DNA from: the human T2T-CHM13v2.0 reference genome, Homo sapiens
DNA: 64,000 nucleotides
Direction: 5' to 3' (one strand)
Assembly: GCF_009914755.1 (NCBI RefSeq)
Contig: NC_060939.1
Below are positions 1-12,708 of this stretch, piece after piece (within the stretch, counting starts at the first letter, position 1; the number at the start of each line of letters is the position of its first letter). Made by a program: the position numbers and the translations under genes. Below the pieces are notes generated by a model. It did not search any database. It was not told the DNA's origin and worked only from the letters and a program-made list of their open reading frames with translations.

Positions 1-381
1 TCCTATAATAAAAAAATATTTTGTCTGTGATGTAGCCATCAAAGTTTTAGGGGGAAAAATTGGCATTGTCTTTCCCTGGAGTCTAGACCTATAGGAAAAA
101 AATTGAAGGCTAATATTTGGGTTCTAGATGACGCAAAATAAATAATAAAACATCTGTGATTACCTTGATTGAAAAGTTTGTGCATAGAAATTATTCTGGT
201 ACTTTGGAGAGCTACGAGAAGGCCTAACAGAAAAAAAAACTGATAAATACAATTAAAATAACAGTCGAGCATATATTAAAGCACTTACTATGCACTAAAC
301 TCTATATATCTCCTGTCATTAGTTGGATGCAATTATTAGACATCTTTGGTCCTCCACAACATAGGTGATTAAAAAGTCTAA

Positions 382-776
<395 letters not shown>

Positions 777-869
777 CACTTCCTCTTTTTACTGTTTTCA
801 CTTAGAAAAACTGAGAGGACTTTTGCTGCCACTGAATGACACAGCATAGTTGAAGCGGTTTTCTTGTCA

Positions 870-1183
<314 letters not shown>

Positions 1184-1211
1184 TGTCTATCTATGTATCT
1201 ATGTATCTATG

Positions 1212-1262
<51 letters not shown>

Positions 1263-1281
1263 TTATCTATGTATCTATCTA
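1184..1281. repeat. (TATC)n/(TATG)n tetranucleotide STR
   Basis: Visible compound repeat at the Alu tail. Confidence 0.97.
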
Positions 1282-1624
1282 AAATAAATTAAATTAAAAA
1301 ATAAAAAATAATGAGGCAAAGAAAAGAAAGTTAATCCTCAATATAACAGTATTAAGAAGTAGGGCATTTAAGAGGTGACTGGGTCATGAGGGCTCCTTCA
1401 TGAATGGATTAATGGATTAATGGGTTATCCTGAGAATGGGTCTGTTATAAAAGCCAGTTTCGCTCTTTCTCTTGTGCCCCTCTAAATCTTTATCTTTAGC
1501 CATGTTATGATGCCTCTCTGATATCTTTACCCATGTTATGATGCGGAACAAAGCCCTCACCCAAAGCAAACCAGATACAGCCCCTCAACGTTGAACTTCT
1601 CAGCCTCTTCCATACATTTTTCTT

Positions 1625-2205
<581 letters not shown>

Positions 2206-2403
2206 CTTTTTTTTGTATATTACCTGATCTCAGGTATTCTGCTATAGCAACAGAAAGACGAAGACAGAATCCTTAGCTGTCTGCAAGTGTGCATGCCATT
2301 TTCATCATCTGAAGAGTCAGCGAGTGTCTTAGGTGGAGTCTTGCAAAAGCAGGCCCTGAGCCAAAGATTTGGATGCAAATGACTTGTTAAGAAAGGGCTC
2401 TTC

Positions 2404-2467
2404 GAGACCGTGCCATTGCACTCCAGCCCGGGCAAGAAGAGTGAAACTCTGTTTCAAAAAAAAAAAA
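2404..2467 (+). mobile_element. Severely 5'-truncated Alu
   Basis: Last ~50 nt of Alu plus A tail. Confidence 0.85.
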
Positions 2468-3271
2468 GTGGGGGGCTCCTAGGAAAAGAACAGTAAAGGA
2501 GTGGGGGATGAAGGACAGGGAATGGGAAGAAGCCAAGCGAGAGCATGATTTCCGAAGTCCTACACTCAGCCTGATCACACGGGAAGCTTTAGAACAAAGA
2601 ACACACCTCAGAGTTTTTCCTGCCTCAACACAAAGGAGCTGGGCTTTGGTGCTCTTCATCAGCCTGTCTTTGGCTATCCAGGGTTGTGGAACGAGGTGAA
2701 ACATAAAACTCCGAGATACTTCCGGCTCCCTCCAGTGTCTGAGGGTAATCTGCAGGACTGAGGGTAATTGCAGATGCTAGCTGTTAGCAGCAAACTATGC
2801 AAAAGCTGAGGACTGGCTTATAAAGCCAGATCTGGGTGAGTCATGTTTCCTGTCAACATCCTCTGCTGGGCCCATAACACATGCAACCCCAAACTTCCAT
2901 TACAAGTTCAAAGTTTCTAAGGGGATAGCATTACAGTGTGTATGATATTGGACTCAGACCTGAGTTTGAATCCTAATTCCACAAAAGAAATTGGAAAAGA
3001 GTCATATTGCTGACTTGACCCTTTGTCACCATATCCATAAAATGGGATAATTATTCCTATATCATAAATTTACTTATTTATTCACTTAGTCATTTGTTAA
3101 ATAAATACGGAGTGTCTACTTTGTGCCGGGCACTCTTTTTAGGGTGGTTCTGAGAAGGGGATGGCAATGAGAAGGGCTCTCTAAGATGCAAGACTCCAGG
3201 CAACTGCTTTTACTTCCAGTGGTTCTTTATTTTCACAGCTCATTAGAGCAAATTACCACAGCAGGGAGATA

Positions 3272-3505
3272 CAGGTTGAGTGTCCCTTATCCGAAAAGCC
3301 TGGCACCAGAAGTGTTTTAAATTTTGGATTTTTTTTTGATTTTTGGAATATTTGTTAATTATCAGTTGAGCATCTCTAATGTGAAAATCTAAAATCCAAA
3401 ATGCCCCAGTGACCCTTTCCTTTGAGCATCATGTTGGTGCTCAAAAAGTTTGAGATGTTGGAGCATTTAGGATTTCAGATTTTTGGATTAAGGATACTCA
3501 TTTTG
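3272..3505. mobile_element. Tigger4/MER46-like MITE (TcMar)
   Basis: Imperfect TIRs CAGGTTGAGTGTCCCTTATCCGAAA / TTTGGATTAAGGATACTCATTTTG with TA on both sides. Confidence 0.8.
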
Positions 3506-4308
3506 TACAATGGAAAACTTCTTGGCACTAATCTGATGAAAGAAGAAACTACGGGAGAATCCCTTTCCCTAAAAGGCTTTCAGTAACAAGATGGCCCTGA
3601 CTCATTCTGGACAGTTCCTCCAAAGGTAGGCCTACAGGTAGAACTCTTTTCTGGCAGCATAGGGGTTTTCCAGAATGAAGGTGTATTTTTTTTTTACTGA
3701 GGCCAGGAAAGGTGAAGAGAATGAAGGGTTCCTAGTGACGATGCAGCAACCAAGTCATTTATGTAATGGAGCCTTATCTGACAGATTTCTAGGATAGAAA
3801 CTCAGTATCCAAGCTCAGGCTTGGCAGACTGAGGTGGGCACCGTCCCCAGGATTGCAGTGTGGATTAGAGGTTTCAACCCCAATCATATTCAACAGCTCC
3901 CTTTCCCCCAACAACCCCTTTTTATAACAGTTGTTTTGTGGTGATTCTTTTACTAATATGATCATGAAAATTAAGTAATTTAGCTTGTGAATGCTCTAGC
4001 TTGGCTGCACTGCTGGTATAAAGAAGTGCCAGACACTTGCAACTGCCTAGGATCTCTGTGAACCAGCGGCATGGAAGACTGAGAGGCACGCTGGATTGAT
4101 GGCTCAGATTCAAGTATGGTATTGCAGGTTCTGGCGTAATTTTCTAAAATGGCGAAAATCTCTAGGTAAAACTCCAAAAATAAAAAACCAACATACATCT
4201 TCCTTTGAGTTACCTGGTAGTTATATTCCTGGAAAATTCAGTGTATATGAGCCTGAGGTAGTAGATGGTCAATAAATACTCAAGAAATAAAAAAATCAAA
4301 AAATATAA

Positions 4309-4653
<345 letters not shown>

Positions 4654-4834
4654 GCTTTTTTATACATTAAGTGTGCTTGCAGAGGACTGCGACCTCTGGC
4701 CCTCGGCCTCTTAATAAATACTCCAAGTGACTTCATTGGAACAACCACTGAGAATCACTTATCTAGAGAGTGGGAAGTTGCTGATCTCATCACTGCATGG
4801 GGTGGGGTGAGGGAAGCAACCCTGCCCTTCCCCT

Positions 4835-4960
4835 TTCTCGGAAAGCAGCTGGCTTTGAAGAAAGAGAAACCAGGACGGGAAAGTCCTGATTTCTAATCTG
4901 AAACAGCGCTTTTTGTCCAGAGACCGGTGACGAGCGACCCTGGGCTCGGGTTTTGATTGG
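4835..4960 (+). promoter_or_regulatory. B2M-like promoter module: GAS, E-box, ISRE, kB, S, X1/X2, Y boxes
   Basis: TTCTCGGAA 4835-4843; CAGCTG 4846-4851; GAAAGAGAAACC 4860-4871; GGGAAAGTCC 4877-4886; CTAATCT 4893-4899; TCCAGAGACCGGTGACG 4916-4932; ATTGG 4956-4960; ISRE-to-Y order matches recalled B2M promoter. Confidence 0.75.
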
Positions 4961-5700
4961 GCAGTTCGGAAACTGTAAAAGCGAATTAAAAGGGTGACAA
5001 GCTAGTGTTTTAGCCTATCCAGTTCCGGGAGTTTGCACGCAGACTCTCTGCTTCGTGACCTTGGCTCTGCTCTGTGGGCGCCGCCCCCAGCCTGGGCGCG
5101 TCCATCGTCGAGTACCTTCTCCTCTGCCTCCCCCTCCCTCTGCTTCTATCTCTCTCCAATTGCCCTCCCTGGCCTGCGGCCGCCCGGTCCTCCTTCCCAG
5201 CCCAGTGCAGCCAGGCACCCGGGTTCGGCTTGCTCAGGTCTCTGTCCGGGACTGGGAAGCCACGGAGGGCCGGGAAAGTGGCACACTCCTGGAGCTCAAG
5301 CTTCCTACTCTCTCATCGCTGAATAACTACCGGGCAGGACTGGGTGGAACAGACAGCATATTTAGGTCATTGATGGGCTGCTGGGTGGATGGAGCTGGAA
5401 AGTGATGGGCACTGCTTTCTGGGGCTGCCCAGGTTCCTTCCGAGGGCTCGCTTTTCCTGGGCAGAGCGGGAAAGAGGAGGGGCAGGCCGGTCGCGAAACG
5501 CAAATAGTCGAGAATAGCGATCCGGGGAGAAGCAGGTGTCTGTGGGGCCCAAGAGAAGTACCATCTCGGTAAGTAGGCCGGTGCATGCAGGGGAGCGCAG
5601 AGCCCTAAGCCCTTCTCTGGGGTCCGCCCGTTTTCCTGCTGGGCTTCTCATTTCCTCACTAGGTTCTACGGTTTGCCGATCTAAATCCAGTTCGTGTCCT
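4920..5700 (+). promoter_or_regulatory. CpG-rich promoter and probable non-coding first exon (donor at 5569)
   Basis: High GC/CpG versus flanks; donor TCG|GTAAGT at 5569-5574. Confidence 0.8.
5043..5113 (+). pseudogene. Relic of B2M exon 1 (signal peptide exon); ATG and donor lost
   Basis: ACT CTC TGC TTC GTG ACC TTG GCT CTG CTC..GCCTGGGCGCGTCCATC GTCGAGT versus recalled B2M ATG TCT CGC TCC GTG GCC TTA GCT GTG CTC..GCCTGGAGGCTATCCAGC|GTGAGT. Confidence 0.65.
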
Positions 5701-5734
5701 ATTGTATTGTGTAACATTTTTGGCAGCTTACATC

Positions 5735-6450
5735 TTTGTTTATTGAGATATAGTTCACAAACCATACAATTAACATATTTAAGTGTACATTTCAGTGGGT
5801 TTTAGTATATTCACAGGGTTGTGTAACCACCTCAATTTTAGGACATTTTCGTCACTCCCAAAAGAAATTTTGTACCAGTTCGGTGTCACTCCCATTTCTC
5901 CCAAACCCCTAGTCCTAGGAAACCACCAATCTTTCTGTCTCTATGGGTTTGCCTATTAGTATTTCATAGAAACAGAAACATATAATATGTGGTCTTTTGT
6001 AACTGGCTTCTGTTTTCAAAGGTCGTCATATTGTAGCAAGGATCAGTTCTTCATTCCTATTTATTGATGAATATTACTCTACTGTATAGATATACTAAGT
6101 TTTGTTTATCCATCTATAGTTAATGGGCATTTGGGTTGTTTCCACTCTTCGGCTACTGAGAATAAAATGTGGTTATCAATATTCATGTATAAATTTTTGG
6201 TGTGGACATAGATTTTCAATTCTCTTGAGTATATATGCAGGAGTGGAATTGCTGGGTGATATGGTAACTCTATGTTTAATCTTTTAAGGAACTACTAGGC
6301 TGTTCTCCAAAGCTGAATGTACCATTGTGTATGAGAGTTCCAATTTTTCTACATCCTCACCAATACTTTTAATCTTTTTTTATTATAACCATTCTAGTGG
6401 ATACGAAATGGTATCTCTTTATGGTTTTGATTTGTATTTCCCTAATGACT
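5735..6450 (-). mobile_element. Old L1 (L1MB/ME-type) 3' end
   Basis: Typical antisense L1M 3' sequence (GGAGTGGAATTGCTGGG..GGTAACTCTATGTTTAA; TTTGATTTGTATTTCCCTAATGACT). Confidence 0.8.
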
Positions 6451-6785
6451 ATGCATTATTTTAAAATTATAAGCTAATTAATTTTTACAAAGATTTACAT
6501 GCTGTGATTTTGACAACTTAACTTCTAGGTCACATGCTCAAAAGTCACAGAGCCTAGACCCAAACCAAGCCTTTCTATGGCTAATGCTCGAACTCCATCC
6601 TCTCTTTCCTAGAAGGCAATCTGGGATAAATTTTTCAGAACTCCATTTGTTGCCTCTGTTAGAAAGAAAACACTGGGCAAGATGAACCTGCAAGTAGAGT
6701 AAATGGTTTATTTCTTATTTGCTTTTAGGAGTGTGTAAGGAGATTTTTTGGTCTCCCGTTTTTACTTTATAAAAAATGAGTGAGT

Positions 6786-7070
6786 GTGCCAAGCGCTGTG
6801 GCTCATGCCTGTGATCCCAGCACTTTGGGAGACCGAGGCAGGCAGATCACCTGAGGTCAGGAGTTTGATATCAGCCTGACCAACATGGCAAAACCCCATC
6901 TCTGCTAAAAATACAAAAATTAGCCGGGTGTAGTGCCATGCACCTGTAATTCCAGCTATATGGGAGGCTGAGGCATGAACATTGCTTGAACCCCGGGGAG
7001 ACGGAGGTTGCAGTGAGCCAAGATTGCACCACTGCACTCCAGCCTGGGTGACAGAGTGAGGCTCTTTCTC

Positions 7071-7099
<29 letters not shown>
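6786..7099 (+). mobile_element. Alu (AluSx-like) with long A tail
   Basis: Full Alu plus A-run 7071-7099. Confidence 0.95.
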
Positions 7100-7101
<2 letters not shown>

Positions 7102-7519
7102 AAAGAGAAAGCTCTTAATTGAAGTAGTAACCCTTTCTTGGGTGTTCAATGATATTGTGCTTCTCTTCATGTAAGTGCCCCTTAGATTCCTCCTCCTCAC
7201 TACCATCAGGTCATAGAATAGGGAGGGGCACTCAGTTTCAACAGCAGTGGCCTCCAAATTTTGTTCAAATGCATAACTATAAAAAGTTTTTTGTATACAT
7301 TCTCTATATATAGCTATACATTTTATACATACACTACTATCAGTCTTGATTTAGACATTACTAAAGCTTAATTTTTCTCTCATTTTTTTTCAGTTAAAAA
7401 TTCAGATTGAACTATCTTACAAATGGCTCCCAGAAGATCCACTCCCTGTGGGAACACAGCAGTTGTGGAAGTGAAGACAGGACTGGACCCAGAATAAGGG
7501 TTCAAATATGTGGGGAAAT

Positions 7520-8215
7520 CTGACCTCTAAATTCTTATAAGTCAGAGAGTGACTGAACAACAGCAGTGAGACATCGAAGAGTTTTAATATCTGCTGTAAA
7601 CCTTGGCACAGATCATTTACTTCTCTAAGACTGAATCCAAAAAGCACAATGGAATACTATAATAAGCTGAGACAGCATGGTGAATTCCAGACAAGCCTGA
7701 GCATTCCCTATAGCCAGAGAAGGAGGCCCAACACCTAACATAGCCTTGGATGCAGAACTGATAGAACTTGGGGAAAGTGATGAAGTAGTTGACCTCACCT
7801 GTGAATCTCTAGCACCTGTAGTGATTGACCTAACTCACCGTGACTCTGTAGTGATTATTGAACAAAGGAGGAGGCCAAGAGCAAACACAAGGCCACTCCA
7901 AGACCACACTGGCAGTTGTGTGGTGAACAATGATGAGGAGGGAGTGAAAAGGGACAGAGATGTATGTATAACCAACAGTGCCCACCATAATTCCCTGCAA
8001 AAAAATTTTTTTTGTCATATACTACCTGGTTATATTCAGTGTCAAGTTTGCATGGATGGATGCTCAGAGATTGAACTTAGTATACAACACATCTACTCTA
8101 TAGAATGTGGCCACATCTGTAGTCAGTGCTTCTGCACTTCCTTTACACATACTAACACTGCCCAGTTTGTTTGAAAAAAATCAGCCTCCATCAGTATCAC
8201 TGCAGTTATATATGA
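7520..8215 (+). pseudogene. RNF4 processed pseudogene/retrocopy (SUMO-targeted ubiquitin ligase-like)
   Basis: Intronless frame 7701-8174 with LIEL..VVDLTCESLAPVVIDLTHRDSVVII SIM array and CQVCMDG..ECGH-ICSQC RING; stop at 7698-7700; after a 1-nt frameshift near 8158 it reads CPVCLKKISLHQYHCSYI* (stop 8213-8215), matching RNF4 C-terminus CPTCRKKINHKRYHPIYI*; 5' boundary approximate. Confidence 0.92.
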
Positions 8216-8530
8216 TGTATGCCTTATTGCTCAAGACAGATCCTGTGGCTGGATTTTTCCATGTCTTTGTGCAGGAACTATGGGTTGTTGGCATCCAATG
8301 CTCTGAGCTTAAAAATACTGATTTTTAAAATTGCTATCTGCAGTATATAAGAAACTCTTTGATTTCTCATATGCTCTGAGACTGCTTTTTGTTTCCTTTG
8401 GTTTTATGCTTCAGCTCTGGACTTCAGTTGCCAGAGTGTGCCAGATACTGGGGTCGTCCTTAAAGCAACTTTCCCTTTCTTATAGTCATCAATTTTTAGT
8501 TGGCCACATGTAGACATTCTGGACCACATA

Positions 8531-8536
8531 AATAAA
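8531..8536 (+). terminator. Candidate polyadenylation signal for retrocopy transcript
   Basis: AATAAA ~320 nt after the ancestral RNF4 stop. Confidence 0.4.
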
Positions 8537-8975
8537 GACAACACCCTAGAGATGGTGAAGTAAGTTGTAAACTAAAATCCTAAGCCCCCTAATTGACTGA
8601 ATGGAACCCCTCTTGACCAAAGTGACCCCAGAAAAACCTTAAAACTGAGTTCCTGGCCATGACGGGATGGGAGGTCAGACACGCTTCATTATATCTCCGT
8701 CTCTTTTATGGTTTAGACACAGCAACTGACCAGCATTAATGTCAAAATAAAGATCATAAGGCTGACAGAATAGACCCTTTGTGGCAATAACAAATTATTC
8801 GTAAGATCTAAGGTCATGCCAGGCAAGTGTTATGTCATGCACTCCTACACTTAAAGAATAAACTATGTTCTAACTGCCACAAGATTTTCTATTTATTTAT
8901 TTATTTATTTTTTGAGACGGAGTTCTGCCCTGTCAGTTTTTCTTTTTGTTTAGCAGCTAAACAAGCACCAGCTGA

Positions 8976-9286
<311 letters not shown>

Positions 9287-9421
9287 ACTTTCTCTTGATA
9301 AGAAGACCACTGACTATGGGCTGGTTCTGGCCAGTTTATAGAGGCTAAGCACCCTTGTTCCTTCCTGTCCTGAACAGGCATTTTGACTTATAGGGTCTAA
9401 TTGTTATGCATTTAAGTGTTA

Positions 9422-9750
<329 letters not shown>

Positions 9751-10243
9751 AGAGTTAAGTCTCTACCTCAAAGTGAACATGGGTTGTATGTTACATGCAT
9801 GTTTGTTCAATAAGCATGAGTCAGGATGACCTTCATAATTATTCATAGCTCCTCCTGTAACCTGTTGAATATGTATGTTTAGCCAACCTATTCAGCATCA
9901 AGTTCCTACCCCTGCTCCTCCTTTGAAGTGCCTGTCTCTGGTCTTTGCCAGAGATTGTACTTCCTGGCCTGTGGGATGGCCACCTTGCAGGCCTTTAACC
10001 CTTTATAAGAAATAAAGTCTCCTCTCCAAATTTATGGATGTTGTGAGTTCTGTGTTAACAAAGTAGAGAGAAGGAATTTGGGAGACTGACAACTTTGCAA
10101 ACCAGAGCCACTATAGAAGTTTGGACTTTTACTTAAGAGAGAAATAAATTTCATTCTTGCTTAAGCAACTTTTATACTGGGTATATTAGTCAGGTTGACA
10201 TACAAAATTAACCATCACTCTGGGTCTCGTTTACAGCAATGGA

Positions 10244-10581
<338 letters not shown>

Positions 10582-11119
10582 TGAAGTACTCTTTGTGAAG
10601 ATTGAGACTTCTTGCTACATAGGATTTGGAATCACAGGCTTCTAGAGACAGAAGGGGGTCTTAGGAATTCACATTTTAAAGAAGGAGGAACTGACACCCA
10701 TAGGAGTTAAATGTCTTAGCTAAGGCTACTCAGTGCTCTGGTGAGAGACAAGGCTTCCATCTTCTAGGCCAGTACTCTTACCCCTAGGCTAAAGGTTCAA
10801 AAATGTGCAGGCGCTGGCTTTAGTAAAATCAGCTATACTAAGCATTGTCAAATGTTTTAGCCAACAACAAAACAATCAAGATGAAACAAAATTACTTTTT
10901 TGACTAAGTGATCACCAGCATTTCATAGACATTTATCTGACAAAGGTTTTGATCTAACAAATGCCATGTATTGCCAAGGTGAGCAAGATACAGTACTACC
11001 TATCCTGTGGTTTGTTCACAACTTAGTGGAGGGGCAGACATGCAATCAAACAATTAGAATACACTCTGTTAAAGCCACGTGTACAAAGATCTAGGGTGCT
11101 ATAGAAATGTGTAAAACTA

Positions 11120-11236
11120 GGCCAGGCGTGGTGTTGCTCACACCTGTAATCCTAGCACTTTGGGAGGCTGAGGTGGGAGGACAGCTTGAGCTCAGGAATT
11201 TGAGATCAGCCTAGGCAACATAGTGAGACCCTGTCA
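11120..11236 (+). mobile_element. Alu left monomer (FLAM-like)
   Basis: Monomer whose tail expands into a purine tract. Confidence 0.85.
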
Positions 11237-11482
11237 GAAAGAAAAGAAAAAAGAAAAGAAAAGAAGGAAAGAAAGAGAAAGAGAAAGAAAGGGAGAAAGA
11301 AAGAAAGAGAGCAAGAGAGAAAGAAAGAGGAAAAAGAAAGGAAGAAAGAGAAAGAAACAGAGAGAGAAAGAAAGGGAGAAAGAAAACAGAAAGAGAAAGA
11401 AAGAAAGAGAAAGAAAAAAAGAAAGAGGAAAGAAGGAAGGAAGGAAGGAAAGAAGGAAGGAAGGAAGGAAGGAAGGAAGGGA
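11237..11482. repeat. Polypurine (GAAA/GGAA)n low-complexity tract
   Basis: ~245 nt almost entirely A/G, ending in (GGAA)n. Confidence 0.97.
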
Positions 11483-11488
11483 GTAAAG

Positions 11489-11717
11489 CTGTGTTTCTCA
11501 ACTGGGGAGTGATTCCAACCCCTGCCCCCAGGAGACATTTGGCAATGACTGGAGACATTTTTGTTATGACTGGGTTTGGTGCGGGGGGGTGGCTACAGGC
11601 ATCTAGTGTGTAAACGCCAGGGACACTGCTAAATATCCTAAAATTCACAGGACAGCCCCTCTAACGTAAGACTTAGCAGGCCCAAAATATCAATAGGGCT
11701 GAGGTTGGTAACCTCTG
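11489..11717. mobile_element. MER20 (hAT-Charlie)
   Basis: GTTTCTCAAC..GACATTTGGCAATGACTGGAGACATTTTTG..GGCATCTAG..GGCCCAAAATATCAATAG..GAGGTTG. Confidence 0.85.
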
Positions 11718-12461
11718 GTATAGAGCCAGCAAAATATCTTCTACAAGAGACAGGGAAGTGGGTAAAGCTTGGTTTGGGGATGAGGGGGTGGTTAGGGAAG
11801 AGTTTAGTAAAGAGATAATGACGGGGTTGTGGGGGAAGGGAAACTCCCATCCGAAGGGACAACATATACAAAGCTGCAGAAGCGTGACATATTTGGGCGA
11901 TCCCAAACACTGGGGAAAGAGCTGTGGTCATTAAGTCTGGACAGCTAGGCAGGAGCTAGACGTGCAAGAAATCATATTGAGTTAGAGGAACTACTGTAAG
12001 AAAAACTGTTTGGCTCTGTGGTGGCTCTTTATAAGTCACTCAGGAGCACAGTGTTGGTACATCTCTCTGCGAGCTAAAACTGCTGAAGAAAGCTGTATGA
12101 AATGAAGCTTTTTTCATCCTGCTTTCTTAGGGCCTGGTGTTTCCCAGGCCGGTGTTACTGTCTCAGAGATAAAATCAGGGCTGCTTCATTGGAATATGAG
12201 AGGTGAACTAGCTCTCTATTAAAGCCACTCAGCTGGTGTCTTGATGGTGTGATGGGATCATGAACAGGGGTGAGGTGGTTATTTTTCATGAGTTAGGCTT
12301 AATATAGGCTGCTGCTGACGTGTATTTCCTCTTTCATAGAGCATCCTTAGTCCAGAAATGGGGAGCTATGAACCTTAAGATTAGACTACTAACTCGAATC
12401 TAAATGAGCTGCCCTTGTCTCCTACAAAAGAAAAGTTGGGCAGGTAGGGTATTCTAATGAG

Positions 12462-12475
12462 GGTTTCTCTTTCTC
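12462..12475 (+). promoter_or_regulatory. TRIM69: ISRE in TRIM69 proximal promoter
   Basis: GGTTTCTCTTTCTC fits RGTTTCNNTTTCY ~230 nt upstream of the ATG; TRIM69 is a known interferon-stimulated gene. Confidence 0.7.
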
Positions 12476-12702
12476 TTAAGCAAATGATGATCAAAGTTAA
12501 CTGACAAACCGTCACGGAATCTGCCAGACCTCACTCTGGCCTTGCTGCTTCTCTCCAGCTCCTGAACTTTTCTTTCTTCCATCATGCTCTGAGCCCATTC
12601 CTTGAAAACTAAAAGGTCCCTGACTCCCAGTCTGCAGCCATCCTGGGCCTGCTGAGCTCTGATTCAAGTGCCTGCCTCTGCCCCTTGGTGGGCTGAAGCT
12701 TC

Positions 12703-12708
12703 ATGGAG
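12703..12708 (+). CDS. TRIM69: TRIM69 coding exon 1 (Met-Glu)
   Basis: ATGGAG|GTGAGT; joins exon 2 in phase 0 to give MEVSTNPSS. Confidence 0.9.

Noticed and set aside
5015-5805. Overlapping ORFs across the CpG-rich promoter
   Set aside because: Expected in GC-rich DNA; non-ATG starts; no domain apart from the short B2M leader relic
7394-7420. AAAATTCAGATTGAACT resembles the start of B2M exon 2
   Set aside because: Too short, no following Ig-domain homology; no B2M exon 2 relic seen in the window
11206-11648. K/R/E-rich and F/L/S-rich ORFs
   Set aside because: Artefacts of the purine tract
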